Source: Gemmatimonadaceae bacterium (lineage in GTDB: Bacteria; Gemmatimonadota; Gemmatimonadetes; Gemmatimonadales; Gemmatimonadaceae). From it: 64,000 nt of DNA. The notes under the pieces are model-generated. The model had not been told where the DNA came from, ran no database searches, and was given only the letters and a program-made list of their open reading frames with translations. The translations under genes and the position numbers were made by a program. Position 1 is the first letter of the stretch, and each line of letters begins with the position of its first letter. The stretch is taken from the NCBI GenBank assembly GCA_044224875.1, contig JBGAJQ010000012.1, positions 1 through 64,000 on the forward strand, given 5' to 3'. Positions 20,576 through 30,832 of the stretch are shown here, piece by piece.

Positions 20576-21175
20576 TCACGCGGACGGTGTCTGAGATTGC
20601 GCTCGGCGTTCAAGGCGCTCGGCCGCTCCGAACATCGCTAGCGCCAAGGCCGTGATGACAAAAACAACGAAGCCGTACGGGACGCCTAACTGGTCGGCGA
20701 GGGTTACACTCCCGCGCGCCGTGCTCTCATAGAAGGACTGCAGCCATCGAAATGTGAATCCGACGCCGAAGACGCCAGCGAACATTCCAACCACCACCAT
20801 CCAGCCATCGCGTCGTCCAGTCGCCGCCGCGACGCAGGACGTGCCCGGACACAGGCCCCCGATGACGAACCCGCCGCCGAAGATCAGCCCGCCGACTAGC
20901 TGCGGCGCGAGGTAGGTCTCGGGCACGTAGACTTGGGACAGGTCCAAGAGTCCGAATCGGGAGAGCCAGAACACGCCCAACATGGCGGTGACAACCGCCG
21001 AGAACATGACCTTCAGCACCGTCATGTCGCGCAGGTAGAACTGTGCCGCCAGCTTTCGTGCGTTCCCCAGGCCGGCCCGTTCCAGCGCGAAGCCAAAGGC
21101 CAATCCGATCACGATGGCGACGATCAGCGAGGCCCGATCGGAGAATGCGCCGTACTCGAAGAACGGGGCCATCAT
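20576..21175 (-). CDS. YeeE/YedE (sulfur-compound transporter) family protein, half-size
   Basis: GLAFGFALER, VGGLIFGGGFVIGGLCPGTS. Confidence 0.9.
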   Translation of the reverse strand: MMAPFFEYGAFSDRASLIVAIVIGLAFGFALERAGLGNARKLAAQFYLRDMTVLKVMFSAVVTAMLGVFWLSRFGLLDLSQVYVPETYLAPQLVGGLIFGGGFVIGGLCPGTSCVAAATGRRDGWMVVVGMFAGVFGVGFTFRWLQSFYESTARGSVTLADQLGVPYGFVVFVITALALAMFGAAERLERRAQSQTPSA

Positions 21176-21699
21176 TGCCAGAGTCTCCGCACGAATGGCG
21201 CGACGGCATACGCACCGAGGAACGCGGCCACCAGAAACCCCCAACTCCCAACGCTCAGCAAGGCCCCTCCCGTCAGCGCCTGGCCGCTCGTACAGCCGCG
21301 CGCGAGGACGGCGCCAACCCCCATGAGCGCCCCGCCGCCTACCGCGAAGTACAACCGGGTGCGATCGGCGATCCGCGGTCCCTTCTCCACCCCACGATGG
21401 AAGCGACCGGCCAGTCTGGCCGAAATGAAGCCGCCGAGGAACACTCCGATGATCTCAAAGACCAGCCAGTTCGTCCAAGGTCCTCCGGGTTCCGTGAGGT
21501 ACCGGCCGAAGTACCCGTTGGCCTGGGCCGCGTCAGGTGCAACGATGTTGGTGACACCGGCAGCGGTGGCGGCGAATGCGCCCGACGCACCAAGTCCCCG
21601 GCCCATGACGACGAACGCCGCCAGCAACACCAGACCCAGGCCAACCCCGGCGATGTAGGGGTCGGCGTATGGCTTCGGGCGCGTGGACGGTGAGCTCAT
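21172..21699 (-). CDS. YeeE/YedE family protein, half-size
   Basis: PYIAGVGLG, GLGASG, LARGCTSGQALTG; overlaps both neighbours by 4 nt. Confidence 0.9.
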   Translation of the reverse strand: MSSPSTRPKPYADPYIAGVGLGLVLLAAFVVMGRGLGASGAFAATAAGVTNIVAPDAAQANGYFGRYLTEPGGPWTNWLVFEIIGVFLGGFISARLAGRFHRGVEKGPRIADRTRLYFAVGGGALMGVGAVLARGCTSGQALTGGALLSVGSWGFLVAAFLGAYAVAPFVRRLWQ

Positions 21700-22634
21700 G
21701 GGCGCGGCGCGGTCTCGACTTTCGCGTTTGGCTGACGAGACCAGTCCTCGAACGAACCGTCGTAAAACCTGAACGGTTGGCCGATGAGGCGAGCGGCAAA
21801 GATCACCGACGTCGCCTGTTGGCCAATGTGACAATAGGCGACGACCGTATCGGTGGGTGCAACGCCGGCCTTGGCGAACAGACTACGAAGTACGGTGGGC
21901 GACTGGGCGAAGCTGGAGTCAGTCCACACTTCGGTGAACGGGATACTGCGAGCACCGGCGATGTGGCCCTTGAGGTGTTGCGCCATGCCACCGCCGCCGC
22001 CCACCATGACGCCATCGTAGAACCCGCGATTACGTGCGTCGACGATCGCGAAGCCCGGCGCACTGATGTGTGTATTGACGTACGCGGCGTCCACGATGAA
22101 CGGCCGAATCTTGAGGGAGCTCAGTGTTCCACGCGCAGGCATGGACACATCGCCCGTTTCCAGTGGCAGGGCACCCTTCTTCCACGCATCCAGGCCGCCG
22201 TCGAGGATCGATGCGCGGTCGCCCAACCCCGCGTAGTCGAGAGTCAACAGAACACGCGTGGCCGGGGTGTAATACTGCTGGGCAGCGTACACCACGATCG
22301 CCGATCGATCCGAGATGCCTAACGCCTCGAGGCGTTGCTTCAATCCGTCTGCCGGCGGCATCTGCAGCATGGTGTGGTTCGACCCGCTGGTGTCCGACAC
22401 CGAGATGTCGCCGAGCTTTACTGCCCGAGCGCCTGGGATGTGGCCGGCCGAGAACTGTTGCGGGTCGCCGACGTGCAGGATCACCAAGTCACGATCATGA
22501 AGGTGTTGCTGCAACCAGGCGACCGACACGAGCAATCGCGACGGTGGGGGCGCAACTGGCGTCGGTCGGTCGCGCGGGGTCTGGGCGGGCGAGGCGAGCA
22601 ACGTGGCAATCAGGACCGCGGTTCGTAGGGTCAT
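21696..22634 (-). CDS. Exported two-domain sulfurtransferase (rhodanese/SseA-like)
   Basis: Signal-like N-terminus; GHIPGA, ILDGGLDAW, VDAR, GHIAGA, active-site YCHIGQQA, YDGSFEDWS. Confidence 0.9.
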   Translation of the reverse strand: MTLRTAVLIATLLASPAQTPRDRPTPVAPPPSRLLVSVAWLQQHLHDRDLVILHVGDPQQFSAGHIPGARAVKLGDISVSDTSGSNHTMLQMPPADGLKQRLEALGISDRSAIVVYAAQQYYTPATRVLLTLDYAGLGDRASILDGGLDAWKKGALPLETGDVSMPARGTLSSLKIRPFIVDAAYVNTHISAPGFAIVDARNRGFYDGVMVGGGGGMAQHLKGHIAGARSIPFTEVWTDSSFAQSPTVLRSLFAKAGVAPTDTVVAYCHIGQQATSVIFAARLIGQPFRFYDGSFEDWSRQPNAKVETAPRP

Positions 22635-22775
22635 CACTGTTCCCCTCTCCGGTACTTGGGCGTTCGCCCGGGGACGACGTCCGACAGGCAAGTCGGGCTT
22701 CTCCTGAACATCGCCTGACGGCACCCGGCCAATCCAGCGTGCCCACTCTCCAGCCGCTAACCGCGGGTAGCGGCC

Positions 22776-22791
22776 AGCCACACCCGTGCCA
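22776..22791 (-). promoter_or_regulatory. Candidate sigma-54 promoter for the rhodanese-YeeE operon
   Basis: Minus strand TGGCACGGGTGTGGCT: perfect TGGCACG -24 box, GG-N10-GC spacing, about 140 nt upstream of ATG 22634. Confidence 0.5.
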
Positions 22792-22833
22792 GATTAGCGT
22801 GCATCCCTTCCCTCCAAACCCTGCGTTCGGGCC

Positions 22834-25800
22834 ATGACACATCCTGTCCGGATTTCCCTGCTCAGCGTAGTCCTTTTCGCTACGGCCGTGGCGGCACAAC
22901 GTCCCGCTCCAAAGGCCGCCCTCGCCAAGGAAGACTCGGCCAAGTCTCCATTTACCGCGGACCTGTTCGCCGGCCTGAAGGCGCGATCCATTGGACCGGC
23001 CATGACGTCGGGGCGGGTGATGTCGGTGGCGGTGCACCCGAATGACGTGGGCACCATGTACGTCGGCACGGCCTCCAGCGGCCTGTGGAAGACAACCAGC
23101 GGAGGTGCGACGTGGACACCGGTGATGGACAAAGAGGGATCGTACTCCATCGGCTGGGTCACACTCGACCCGAAGAACGCGAACGTCGTGTGGGTTGGAA
23201 CTGGCGAGCGCAATTCGCAACGTTCGGTCGCGTACGGCGACGGCGTCTACAAGTCCGACGACGGTGGGCGTTCGTGGGTGAATGTCGGCCTCAAGGCGTC
23301 CGAGCATATCGGGCGCATTCTGGTGAATCCCAAGAACACCGACATCGTGTACGTGGCCGCGCAGGGACCGTTGTGGTCGCCCGGCGGTGATCGTGGGCTC
23401 TACAGGACGAGCGACGGTGGCAAGAGCTGGGAACAGGTGTTGAAGATCTCGGAGAACACGGGCGTGTCGGATGTCGTCATGGATCCGCGAGACCCCAACG
23501 TCCTCATCGCCAGCGCTTACCAGCGCCGTCGTCACTTCTTCACGCTGATCGACGGTGGACCAGAGAGCGCCATCTACCGGACGACGGACGCTGGCAAGAC
23601 CTGGACGAAGGTGAACACGGGGCTCCCCAGCGAGGAACTGGGACGCATTGGCCTGGCGATATCACCGCAGCAGCCAGACGTCGTGTATGCCAATGTTGAA
23701 GCTGCGAACCGCCGCGGTGGCATGTTCCGCTCCACCGACAACGGCGTGACGTGGTCGAAGATGTCCGATTACCAGCAGGGTTCCATGTACTACGGCGACG
23801 TGTTCGCAGACCCGCACGACTTCGATCGCATTTACGTGCCGGACGTGCTGTTTCAGGTATCGGACGACGGTGGCCGAACGATGCGCCCGCTAGGGCAGCG
23901 TGCGATGCACGTCGACAACCATATCATCTGGGTGGACCCCAAGAACCCGAGCCACCTGTTGATCGGAAACGATGGTGGTCTCTACCGCTCGTACGATCGT
24001 GGCGCCACGTGGGTGTTCTTCGAGAACCTCCCATTCGCACAGTACTACGACGTGGACGTGGACTACGCGACGCCGTTCTACAACATCTACGGCGGTCTGC
24101 AGGACAACAACTCGCTGGGCATGCCGTCGCGCACACGCTCTGACCACGGGATCCTGAATCAGGACGTCTTCGTGACACAGGGTGGCGACGGGTTTGTGTC
24201 TCGCGTGGATCCCGAGGATCCGAATACGATCTACGCGGAGCTGCAACACGGGGTCATTGTCCGCGTGGACAAGCGCACGCACGAGCGTGTCGGTATCCAG
24301 CCACAGGAGGAAAAAGGTGGCGTGCCGTTGCGATGGAACTGGGACACGCCGTTCATCGTTTCGCCGCACTCCCACACGCGCCTGTACATGGCCGCACAGT
24401 TCCTCTACCGCAGCGATGACCGCGGCAACACCTGGCGGAAGGTGTCGCCAGACCTCACCCGTCAGGTCGATCGAAACACGCTGGCCGTGATGGGCAAGGT
24501 GTGGGGACCCGACGCCGTTGCCAAGAACACGTCGACGGCCCTCTACTCGAACATCTCGGCCGTCGCCGAAAGCCCAAAGAAGGAGGGGTTGCTCTGGGTT
24601 GGAACGGACGACGGCTTGATCCAGGTGAGTGAGGACGGTGGCGCCAACTGGCGAATGGTCGACGGGTTGCCGGGCGTGCCCGCAAACGCGTACGTCACCC
24701 GGATGCGCGCCAGTCAGCACGACGCGAACGTGGCGTACGCGACGTTCAGCAACCACCAGAACGGCGACTTCAAGCCCTACGCTTTTCGCACGGCGGATCT
24801 CGGGAAGACCTGGACGTCCCTCACCACGGACCTTCCGGAGCGTGGCGGAACGTTCGCCTTCGCCGAGGACCACGTGGACCCCAACCTTCTGTTCATCGGG
24901 ACCGAGTACGGGGCGTACGCCAGTAAGGATCTGGGGAAGCACTGGATGAAGCTGCCGGGCGTGCCCACGATCAAGGTGGCAGATATCGTGATCCAGAAGC
25001 GAGAGGACGACCTGGTGCTAGGAACGTTCGGCCGCGGCATCTATATCGTGGACGATTATTCGCCGCTTCGCTCCTCTACAGCCGCAACGCTGGCAAAAGG
25101 CGCCGAGCTATTCCCCGCCCGGGATGCCCTGCTCTATGTGCCAACGCAGCAGTTCGGCGGGCGTGGCAAGGCATTCCAGGGAGAGATGCTGTACGCGGGA
25201 GACAATCCGCCGTACGGCGCGGTGTTCACGTACTACCTGAAGGACGGCCTCAAGACGCTCAAGCAGAAGCGCGCGGACGCCGAGAAAGCCGCGGAGAAGG
25301 CGGGTACGCCGATCCGCTACCCCACACCGGACGAACTGCGGGCCGAAGCCGCGGAGGAGGCGCCGTCGGTTCAGCTGACGGTGAAGGACTCCGCTGGGAA
25401 AGCAATCCGAATCGTGACGGGGCCAACGTCAAAGGGGCTTCAGCGCGTCTCCTGGGACCTGCGCGTGCCAGCCCACACACTCCCATCCACCCGTCCGCCA
25501 TCGCCCGAGGACGAGATCTTCGACAGTGGACCGTCTGGCCCGTACGTCATGCCCGGAAAGTACAGCGTGACGCTTTCGCAACGGGTGGGAGGCGTCGTGA
25601 CCGCGCTGGCCGGCCCCGTCACCTTCAACGTGCTGCTGGACCCGCAGGGCGTCCAGACACTCGCTGACCATGCCGCGCGTTGGCAGTTCCAGGAAAAGCT
25701 CCAGGACCTGCGCCGTCGCTTGTCGGCCTCGCTCGACTTGGCGAACGCCACAAACACCAAGCTGGATGCGATGAAGCGAGCCCTGGATGCCACGCCGTCG

Positions 25801-26121
25801 GCGCCCACGGCCCTCGCGACGCAGGTGCGCGACCTGCAGAAGCGCTTGGCCGCCATTCTCGTCGAAATTCGCGGCGATCAGGCCCTCGGCGCGCGCAGCG
25901 TGCCGACCCCCTCGTCCATCAGCGAGCGAGCCAACGGAATCAGCGGCGAGCAGGGGCGGTCACTCGGTCGACCGACAACCACGCACCAGGAGCAATTGGC
26001 GATCGCCAGCGACCTGTTCGCCGCCGAGCAGGTGAAACTCGCGCAGCTGACGGACACCGACGTGCCGGCGCTGGAGCGCGAGTTGGAACGTGCCGGCGCC
26101 CCGTACTCGAGGCGGGATTGA
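22834..26121 (+). CDS. Secreted VPS10/BNR-repeat beta-propeller protein (glycosyl-hydrolase-like)
   Basis: ARSIGPAMTSGRV, repeated SxDGGxTW, GGLQDN, GTFGRG; signal peptide. Confidence 0.9.
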   Translation: MTHPVRISLLSVVLFATAVAAQRPAPKAALAKEDSAKSPFTADLFAGLKARSIGPAMTSGRVMSVAVHPNDVGTMYVGTASSGLWKTTSGGATWTPVMDKEGSYSIGWVTLDPKNANVVWVGTGERNSQRSVAYGDGVYKSDDGGRSWVNVGLKASEHIGRILVNPKNTDIVYVAAQGPLWSPGGDRGLYRTSDGGKSWEQVLKISENTGVSDVVMDPRDPNVLIASAYQRRRHFFTLIDGGPESAIYRTTDAGKTWTKVNTGLPSEELGRIGLAISPQQPDVVYANVEAANRRGGMFRSTDNGVTWSKMSDYQQGSMYYGDVFADPHDFDRIYVPDVLFQVSDDGGRTMRPLGQRAMHVDNHIIWVDPKNPSHLLIGNDGGLYRSYDRGATWVFFENLPFAQYYDVDVDYATPFYNIYGGLQDNNSLGMPSRTRSDHGILNQDVFVTQGGDGFVSRVDPEDPNTIYAELQHGVIVRVDKRTHERVGIQPQEEKGGVPLRWNWDTPFIVSPHSHTRLYMAAQFLYRSDDRGNTWRKVSPDLTRQVDRNTLAVMGKVWGPDAVAKNTSTALYSNISAVAESPKKEGLLWVGTDDGLIQVSEDGGANWRMVDGLPGVPANAYVTRMRASQHDANVAYATFSNHQNGDFKPYAFRTADLGKTWTSLTTDLPERGGTFAFAEDHVDPNLLFIGTEYGAYASKDLGKHWMKLPGVPTIKVADIVIQKREDDLVLGTFGRGIYIVDDYSPLRSSTAATLAKGAELFPARDALLYVPTQQFGGRGKAFQGEMLYAGDNPPYGAVFTYYLKDGLKTLKQKRADAEKAAEKAGTPIRYPTPDELRAEAAEEAPSVQLTVKDSAGKAIRIVTGPTSKGLQRVSWDLRVPAHTLPSTRPPSPEDEIFDSGPSGPYVMPGKYSVTLSQRVGGVVTALAGPVTFNVLLDPQGVQTLADHAARWQFQEKLQDLRRRLSASLDLANATNTKLDAMKRALDATPSAPTALATQVRDLQKRLAAILVEIRGDQALGARSVPTPSSISERANGISGEQGRSLGRPTTTHQEQLAIASDLFAAEQVKLAQLTDTDVPALERELERAGAPYSRRD

Positions 26122-26249
26122 GCGCAGGTTATCACGATGATTCGCGATGCGTCCTCCCCCACCGTTCGCGGTTTCTGGCGTTACGTCGCGCCCAATGTCG
26201 GCCATAGCCCGCCTCCGGATGAACACGCGCAACCCTTGGGACCTTCTGA

Positions 26250-26924
26250 ATGATGAACCGGCACAACTATCGCACCACGCTTCTCCTTGGCGCGCTACTG
26301 GGGGCCGTCCCGCAGCTTCAACTTCAGGGACAGTCGTCAGTCCCGGTCACGCAGGAACCGCGGCATCACCATGTCTTTGCCAATGCTGACCTGCGGGTCT
26401 TCGATGTGATCGTACCCGTCGGCGATACCACGCTCTTTCACCTGCACGCCAACGACTACACGTACATCACCTTTGGCGGCGCCGAGCTTGTCGCCGAGGT
26501 GATGGGGAACGCGCCCGGGCCTCTGTCGCTCAAGGACGGTGAGGTGCGGTTCTCGCGCTCGCCGCTGACACATCGGGTGTCGAACCCGTCGACTCGCCCG
26601 TTCCACAACCTCACGATTGAGCTGCTGGGGCATCGTCCGGGAGCGGAGATGGACCCCATCTCGCCAGGGGACTCCGTGGTGCTGGAGAACGACCGGGTCC
26701 GAGCCGTTCGGCGGGAGATCGCGGCAGGTGCAACGGCTACCCTGGACCACACCCATGGGCACGCGATGGACGTCTTTGTCACGGCCGGTGCTGTTGAAGA
26801 AGACGAGGATGGGGGAACCCAACCTGTTACGCCGGGGATGTTCCGATGGCGCGATGGCGGAGCACAGCGACTGTACAACGTGGGCGACCATCCGCTGGTC
26901 GTGATCACGATCTACGTGAAGTAG
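26250..26924 (+). CDS. Secreted cupin-fold hypothetical protein (two cupin-like repeats)
   Basis: Signal peptide; EPRHHHVFAN, FHLH, THRVSN, second repeat LENDRVRA..HTH. Confidence 0.65.
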   Translation: MMNRHNYRTTLLLGALLGAVPQLQLQGQSSVPVTQEPRHHHVFANADLRVFDVIVPVGDTTLFHLHANDYTYITFGGAELVAEVMGNAPGPLSLKDGEVRFSRSPLTHRVSNPSTRPFHNLTIELLGHRPGAEMDPISPGDSVVLENDRVRAVRREIAAGATATLDHTHGHAMDVFVTAGAVEEDEDGGTQPVTPGMFRWRDGGAQRLYNVGDHPLVVITIYVK

Positions 26925-26961
26925 CGGGCGGGTTCGCCTGCAATCGCCGACCGGAGAGCAC

Positions 26962-27438
26962 ATGTCGATGCATTCCCGCACACCGTGGAAAGTAAAGCTG
27001 CGTCCCGAGCAACGCCCTGTTGTTGAGCCTGATCCGCGAGGGCAGATGCTCATCCCCACGCCGATGCTGGTGGCGCAGGAGATTCGAAAGATCAGGCGCG
27101 GAAAGCTCGCCACGCCCCAGATGATCCGTACCCGTCTGGCAAGACAGTTTGGGGCAGACTTCACCTGTCCGATGACGACAGGGATCTTCTTCAACATCGT
27201 GGCCGCCGCTAGCGACGAGATCGAGGACGAGGGAGGCCGATCGCTCGCGCCGTGGTGGCGTATTGTGGAGCCTGACGGGACGCTCAACCCCAAGCGTCCA
27301 CCGGGCTCGGAGCGACACGCCAGTTTGCTTCGCGACGAGGGACACGTCCTTCGACGGAAGTCACCGTCAAGCTGGCAAGTCGTCGACGCCAAGTTGCCAC
27401 GCGCCACGAAACGGGTGCACACCAAGGCCGCCAAGTGA
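26962..27438 (+). CDS. MGMT/alkyltransferase-like (ATL) DNA-binding protein
   Basis: IRRGKLAT, CPMTTG, PWWRIV (Trp where AGT has the PCHR Cys), LLRDEGH. Confidence 0.72.
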   Translation: MSMHSRTPWKVKLRPEQRPVVEPDPRGQMLIPTPMLVAQEIRKIRRGKLATPQMIRTRLARQFGADFTCPMTTGIFFNIVAAASDEIEDEGGRSLAPWWRIVEPDGTLNPKRPPGSERHASLLRDEGHVLRRKSPSSWQVVDAKLPRATKRVHTKAAK

Positions 27439-29144
27439 GCCGCCGGCGCACTTGGGGATTCCTGCCGCCGCTCGTCGCTGCGTTGACAGCGTCCTGCACC
27501 GGCCAGACTGGGACTGACGCCGATGTCGTGCTTCGTAATACGCTCGTTTACACGGTCGACAGCGCGCATCTGCGAGCGGAGGCCGTGGCCGTGAAGAATG
27601 GCCGCATCGTGTTCGTTGGCTCGAGCGACAGCGTGCAAGCTTTCGTGGGCCGCGGCACGCGCGTGCTGGACCTCCCCGGCCGCATGGTGCTCCCGGGGTT
27701 TGTCGACACCCACGTGCATCCAGTGACGGGCGGCATTGAACTCGGCGAGTGCGACTTGAACGCTGCGTCAACACTGGACGACGTGAAGCGAACGATCGTC
27801 GACTGCGCAAAACGCGATCCACGCGCGACCTGGTTGCGTGGCGGCGGATTTCAACTGCCACTGTTCCCGAACGGAGCACCCACTCGACAACTACTCGACT
27901 CGCTGGTCCCCGATCGCCCGGCGTTCCTGAGCTCGGCCGACGGCCACACCGGTTGGGCGAACTCCAAGGCGTTGGCGTTAGGCGAGGTAACACGCGCCAC
28001 CAAGGACCCGTTGAACGGGCGCATCGAGCGAGACGCGCAGGGAAATCCCGCAGGGACGCTCCGGGAAACGGCGAAACGGCTGGTGACGTCCAAGATGCCG
28101 GCCTACTCAGATGATGACTACCTGGCGGGACTGGAGCGCGGATTGGCCATGGCTGCGCGGTTTGGCGTCACCACGCTAAATGAAGCCAGCGCGCAAGAGT
28201 CCGAGCTGCGTGCGTATGCGCGCGCCGATTCGCTGGGCAAGCTGACGGCGCGATCGATCATCAATCTTCTCGTGGACCCTCGGCGCGGGCCCGAGCAGGT
28301 CGCCGAACTCTCGGCACTCCGAGCCAAGTACACACGCGGCTTGGTGCGACCGGTGTCCACAAAGATCTTCCTGGACGGAGTGATCGAAGGCGGAACGGCC
28401 GCGCTGTTGCAGCCATACCTGGACAGGCCAGGATATCGCGGAGAACTCAATGTTCCCCCAGAGCAGCTGGTGAAACTCGTCCATGCGCTCGATTCGGCCG
28501 ATTTCAAGGTCCATGTACACGCCATTGGAGACCGGGCGATCCGAGTGGCGTTCGACGCGTTTGAGCAACAACGCCGCTTGGACGGTGGCGCGGGTCCACA
28601 TCACGTGCTGGCGCACATCCAGCTGTTCGACCCGGCGGACGTTCCACGCTTCGCCGCGTTAGGCGTGGTGGCATCCTTTCAACCGCTGTGGGCCTACCGG
28701 GATTCGTACATCAAGGACCTTACCGAGCCACGCCTGGGGATGGAGCGCTCGTCCCACCAATATCCCATCGCGTCGGTCGTGAAATCGGGAGCGCTGGTTG
28801 CGGCGGGAAGCGATTGGTCTGTCTCGTCCATGAACCCGCTCGAGGCGATCCAGGTGGCGGTGACCCGTCGCGCGCTCGATGACTCGACCGGCACGCCTTG
28901 GCTCCGATCGGAGTTGGTCGACCTGGCCACCGCGATCCACATGTACACACGTGGTGGAGCTCTCGCCGAGGAGCAAGATGCGCTGACGGGGACGATTGCC
29001 GTAGGGAAGGCCGCGGACCTGATCGTGCTGACGGACGACCTGTTTTCCGTACCGACGCACCATATCAGCAAGGCGCGGGTGCTCCTCACACTGCTGAACG
29101 GTCGCGAGGTATACCGCGACAGCACGGCGCTCCCACCGCATTGA
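27435..29144 (+). CDS. Amidohydrolase_3 (YtcJ-like) metal-dependent hydrolase, probable lipoprotein
   Basis: LPGFVDTHVH, KIFLDG, HVHAIGDRA, GSDW, GKAADLIVL; LTASC lipobox-like. Confidence 0.9.
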   Translation: MSRRRTWGFLPPLVAALTASCTGQTGTDADVVLRNTLVYTVDSAHLRAEAVAVKNGRIVFVGSSDSVQAFVGRGTRVLDLPGRMVLPGFVDTHVHPVTGGIELGECDLNAASTLDDVKRTIVDCAKRDPRATWLRGGGFQLPLFPNGAPTRQLLDSLVPDRPAFLSSADGHTGWANSKALALGEVTRATKDPLNGRIERDAQGNPAGTLRETAKRLVTSKMPAYSDDDYLAGLERGLAMAARFGVTTLNEASAQESELRAYARADSLGKLTARSIINLLVDPRRGPEQVAELSALRAKYTRGLVRPVSTKIFLDGVIEGGTAALLQPYLDRPGYRGELNVPPEQLVKLVHALDSADFKVHVHAIGDRAIRVAFDAFEQQRRLDGGAGPHHVLAHIQLFDPADVPRFAALGVVASFQPLWAYRDSYIKDLTEPRLGMERSSHQYPIASVVKSGALVAAGSDWSVSSMNPLEAIQVAVTRRALDDSTGTPWLRSELVDLATAIHMYTRGGALAEEQDALTGTIAVGKAADLIVLTDDLFSVPTHHISKARVLLTLLNGREVYRDSTALPPH

Positions 29145-29153
29145 CAGCAACGC

Positions 29154-30104
29154 ATGGATAACCTTTGTCACTCCTTCGCCGGAGCGGCCATTGCGCATTC
29201 CGGCTTCGCCAGGCGTTTTCCGCGAGCGACGGCATTGGCCGTGATCGGAGCGAACATCCCGGACGTGGATGCTGCCGTGTACCTGTTTGGGACCTCCGTC
29301 CAGGGTGTCGCACTGCGACGTGGCATGACGCATGGCATTTTCGCCATGCTGCTCTGGCCGTTGTTGTTGACAGGCATCTTCGTGCTGTGGAACAGACGAA
29401 GGACGCGTGAGGGCACTAGCCCGGCCACCGTGCGAACGATGTTGATCCTGGCGACGTTGTCGGTTTGGAGTCACCCAGCCCTCGACTGGCTGAACAACTA
29501 TGGCGTGCGGTTGCTGTTGCCCTTCAGCCAGCAGTGGTTCTACGGGGACACGTTGTTCATTGTGGATCCGCCGTTGTTGGTGCTGCTTGGCGCTGGTTGG
29601 TGGCTATCCTCGCGTCGCAATCGGAGGAATGCGCCGTCGAGCACGCGACCCGCGCGGCTCGCCCTAGGGTTTGCCCTCCTCTACATCGTCTCCATGAAGG
29701 GAATGAGCGAGGTCACACGCCTGGCGGCCATCCGGACGCTAAGTCTGCAGTCAACCGGTCCGCGTGACCTGATGGTTGCCCCTCGGCCGCTGAGTTTTCT
29801 GACGCGAGACGTACTCGTGCGCTCGGACAGCGTCTACGATCTATACGCGGCGCTCTTCACCGCGGCTGGCGCACAGCTCGGCTCACGCGTTGATCGTGTG
29901 ACGACTGGGCTTGGGTCGCCTATCGCAGCCGAGGCCGCGGCGACTCCCAACGGTGCGGCTTTTCTCCAGTGGTCGCGCTTTCCATACGTTGTCGCTGACA
30001 GCGCCTCCGTTTCGAGAGGTGCCTTTATTGGCGACGCGAGGTACGCACGCGGTAGTGAGGAGACCTGGGCCGGTGTGCGGGTGCCACTGGCGCGTTCCAG
30101 ATGA
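29154..30104 (+). CDS. Membrane metal-dependent hydrolase (YdjM/DUF457-like)
   Basis: MDNLCH, ANIPDVD, RGMTH, SHPALDWLNNYGVRLL, IVDP. Confidence 0.88.
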   Translation: MDNLCHSFAGAAIAHSGFARRFPRATALAVIGANIPDVDAAVYLFGTSVQGVALRRGMTHGIFAMLLWPLLLTGIFVLWNRRRTREGTSPATVRTMLILATLSVWSHPALDWLNNYGVRLLLPFSQQWFYGDTLFIVDPPLLVLLGAGWWLSSRRNRRNAPSSTRPARLALGFALLYIVSMKGMSEVTRLAAIRTLSLQSTGPRDLMVAPRPLSFLTRDVLVRSDSVYDLYAALFTAAGAQLGSRVDRVTTGLGSPIAAEAAATPNGAAFLQWSRFPYVVADSASVSRGAFIGDARYARGSEETWAGVRVPLARSR

Positions 30105-30183
30105 GCAGTCATTGCGCTGGGACGCAGCCGCGGTAGCATTTGGTGCGCGCTGACCGTGTGCTTTCCCCAATCGCCCCCCTTGG

Positions 30184-30771
30184 ATGTCCGCCCTTCCCGT
30201 CTGGCAGCAATGGGTTGTAGCCATCGTGGCAGTGGTGGCCATCGGAGAGTTGGTAAGCCGCATCGTCACGCGCATTCGAGCGCGTGCGTCAACCACGATC
30301 TATCGTTTTGACGCATCGGCTCCATCGTTAGGCCTGCGCACGCCCGGCGGACACGATCACCATCACCATGACGATGAGCCACCGCCAAACCTGCGGATGG
30401 ATGATCCGAACCTGCCGCCGGCGATTGTCGATGAGAGCGGACATGCGAGGGTCATCTGTCCGTGCTGTGGATATCCGACCGCGCGTGACGAGTGGCCCGA
30501 CGGTATCTGCGTCCTTTGCGATTGGCAGGATCCGGAAATGGGACGCGACGCAGCACGGGGCGACTACGCCTCGGCACTGGCGGTGGCAAAGGACAATCTC
30601 GCACAATTCGGGTCGGCCGCAGTCGATTCCTCCGTTCCTGCGCCGGTGCGTGCTGCGCAGCGCGACGAGCTACGCCGACTCTTTGACTACTTGATGACCG
30701 GCGAGCGCTCTGACGCGCGCGCAACCTGGTCGCGTATCGACGACCTCACCGCCGCATTGAGTGCGGAGTGA
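30184..30771 (+). CDS. CPCC-type cysteine-rich protein with N-terminal TM and His tract
   Basis: CPCCGY..ICVLCDWQD, LAVAKDNLAQFG; HDHHHHD linker. Confidence 0.7.
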   Translation: MSALPVWQQWVVAIVAVVAIGELVSRIVTRIRARASTTIYRFDASAPSLGLRTPGGHDHHHHDDEPPPNLRMDDPNLPPAIVDESGHARVICPCCGYPTARDEWPDGICVLCDWQDPEMGRDAARGDYASALAVAKDNLAQFGSAAVDSSVPAPVRAAQRDELRRLFDYLMTGERSDARATWSRIDDLTAALSAE

Positions 30772-30832
30772 CATTCCGATGTGCCCCACGCCGCCACGTG
30801 CCCCGCGGCAGCCACAACCCTGGAGCGATCAT

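Noticed and set aside
13956..26121. Two VPS10/BNR paralogues as a recent duplication or novel system
   Set aside because: They are clearly divergent, in opposite orientation, and belong to a family commonly expanded in such genomes.
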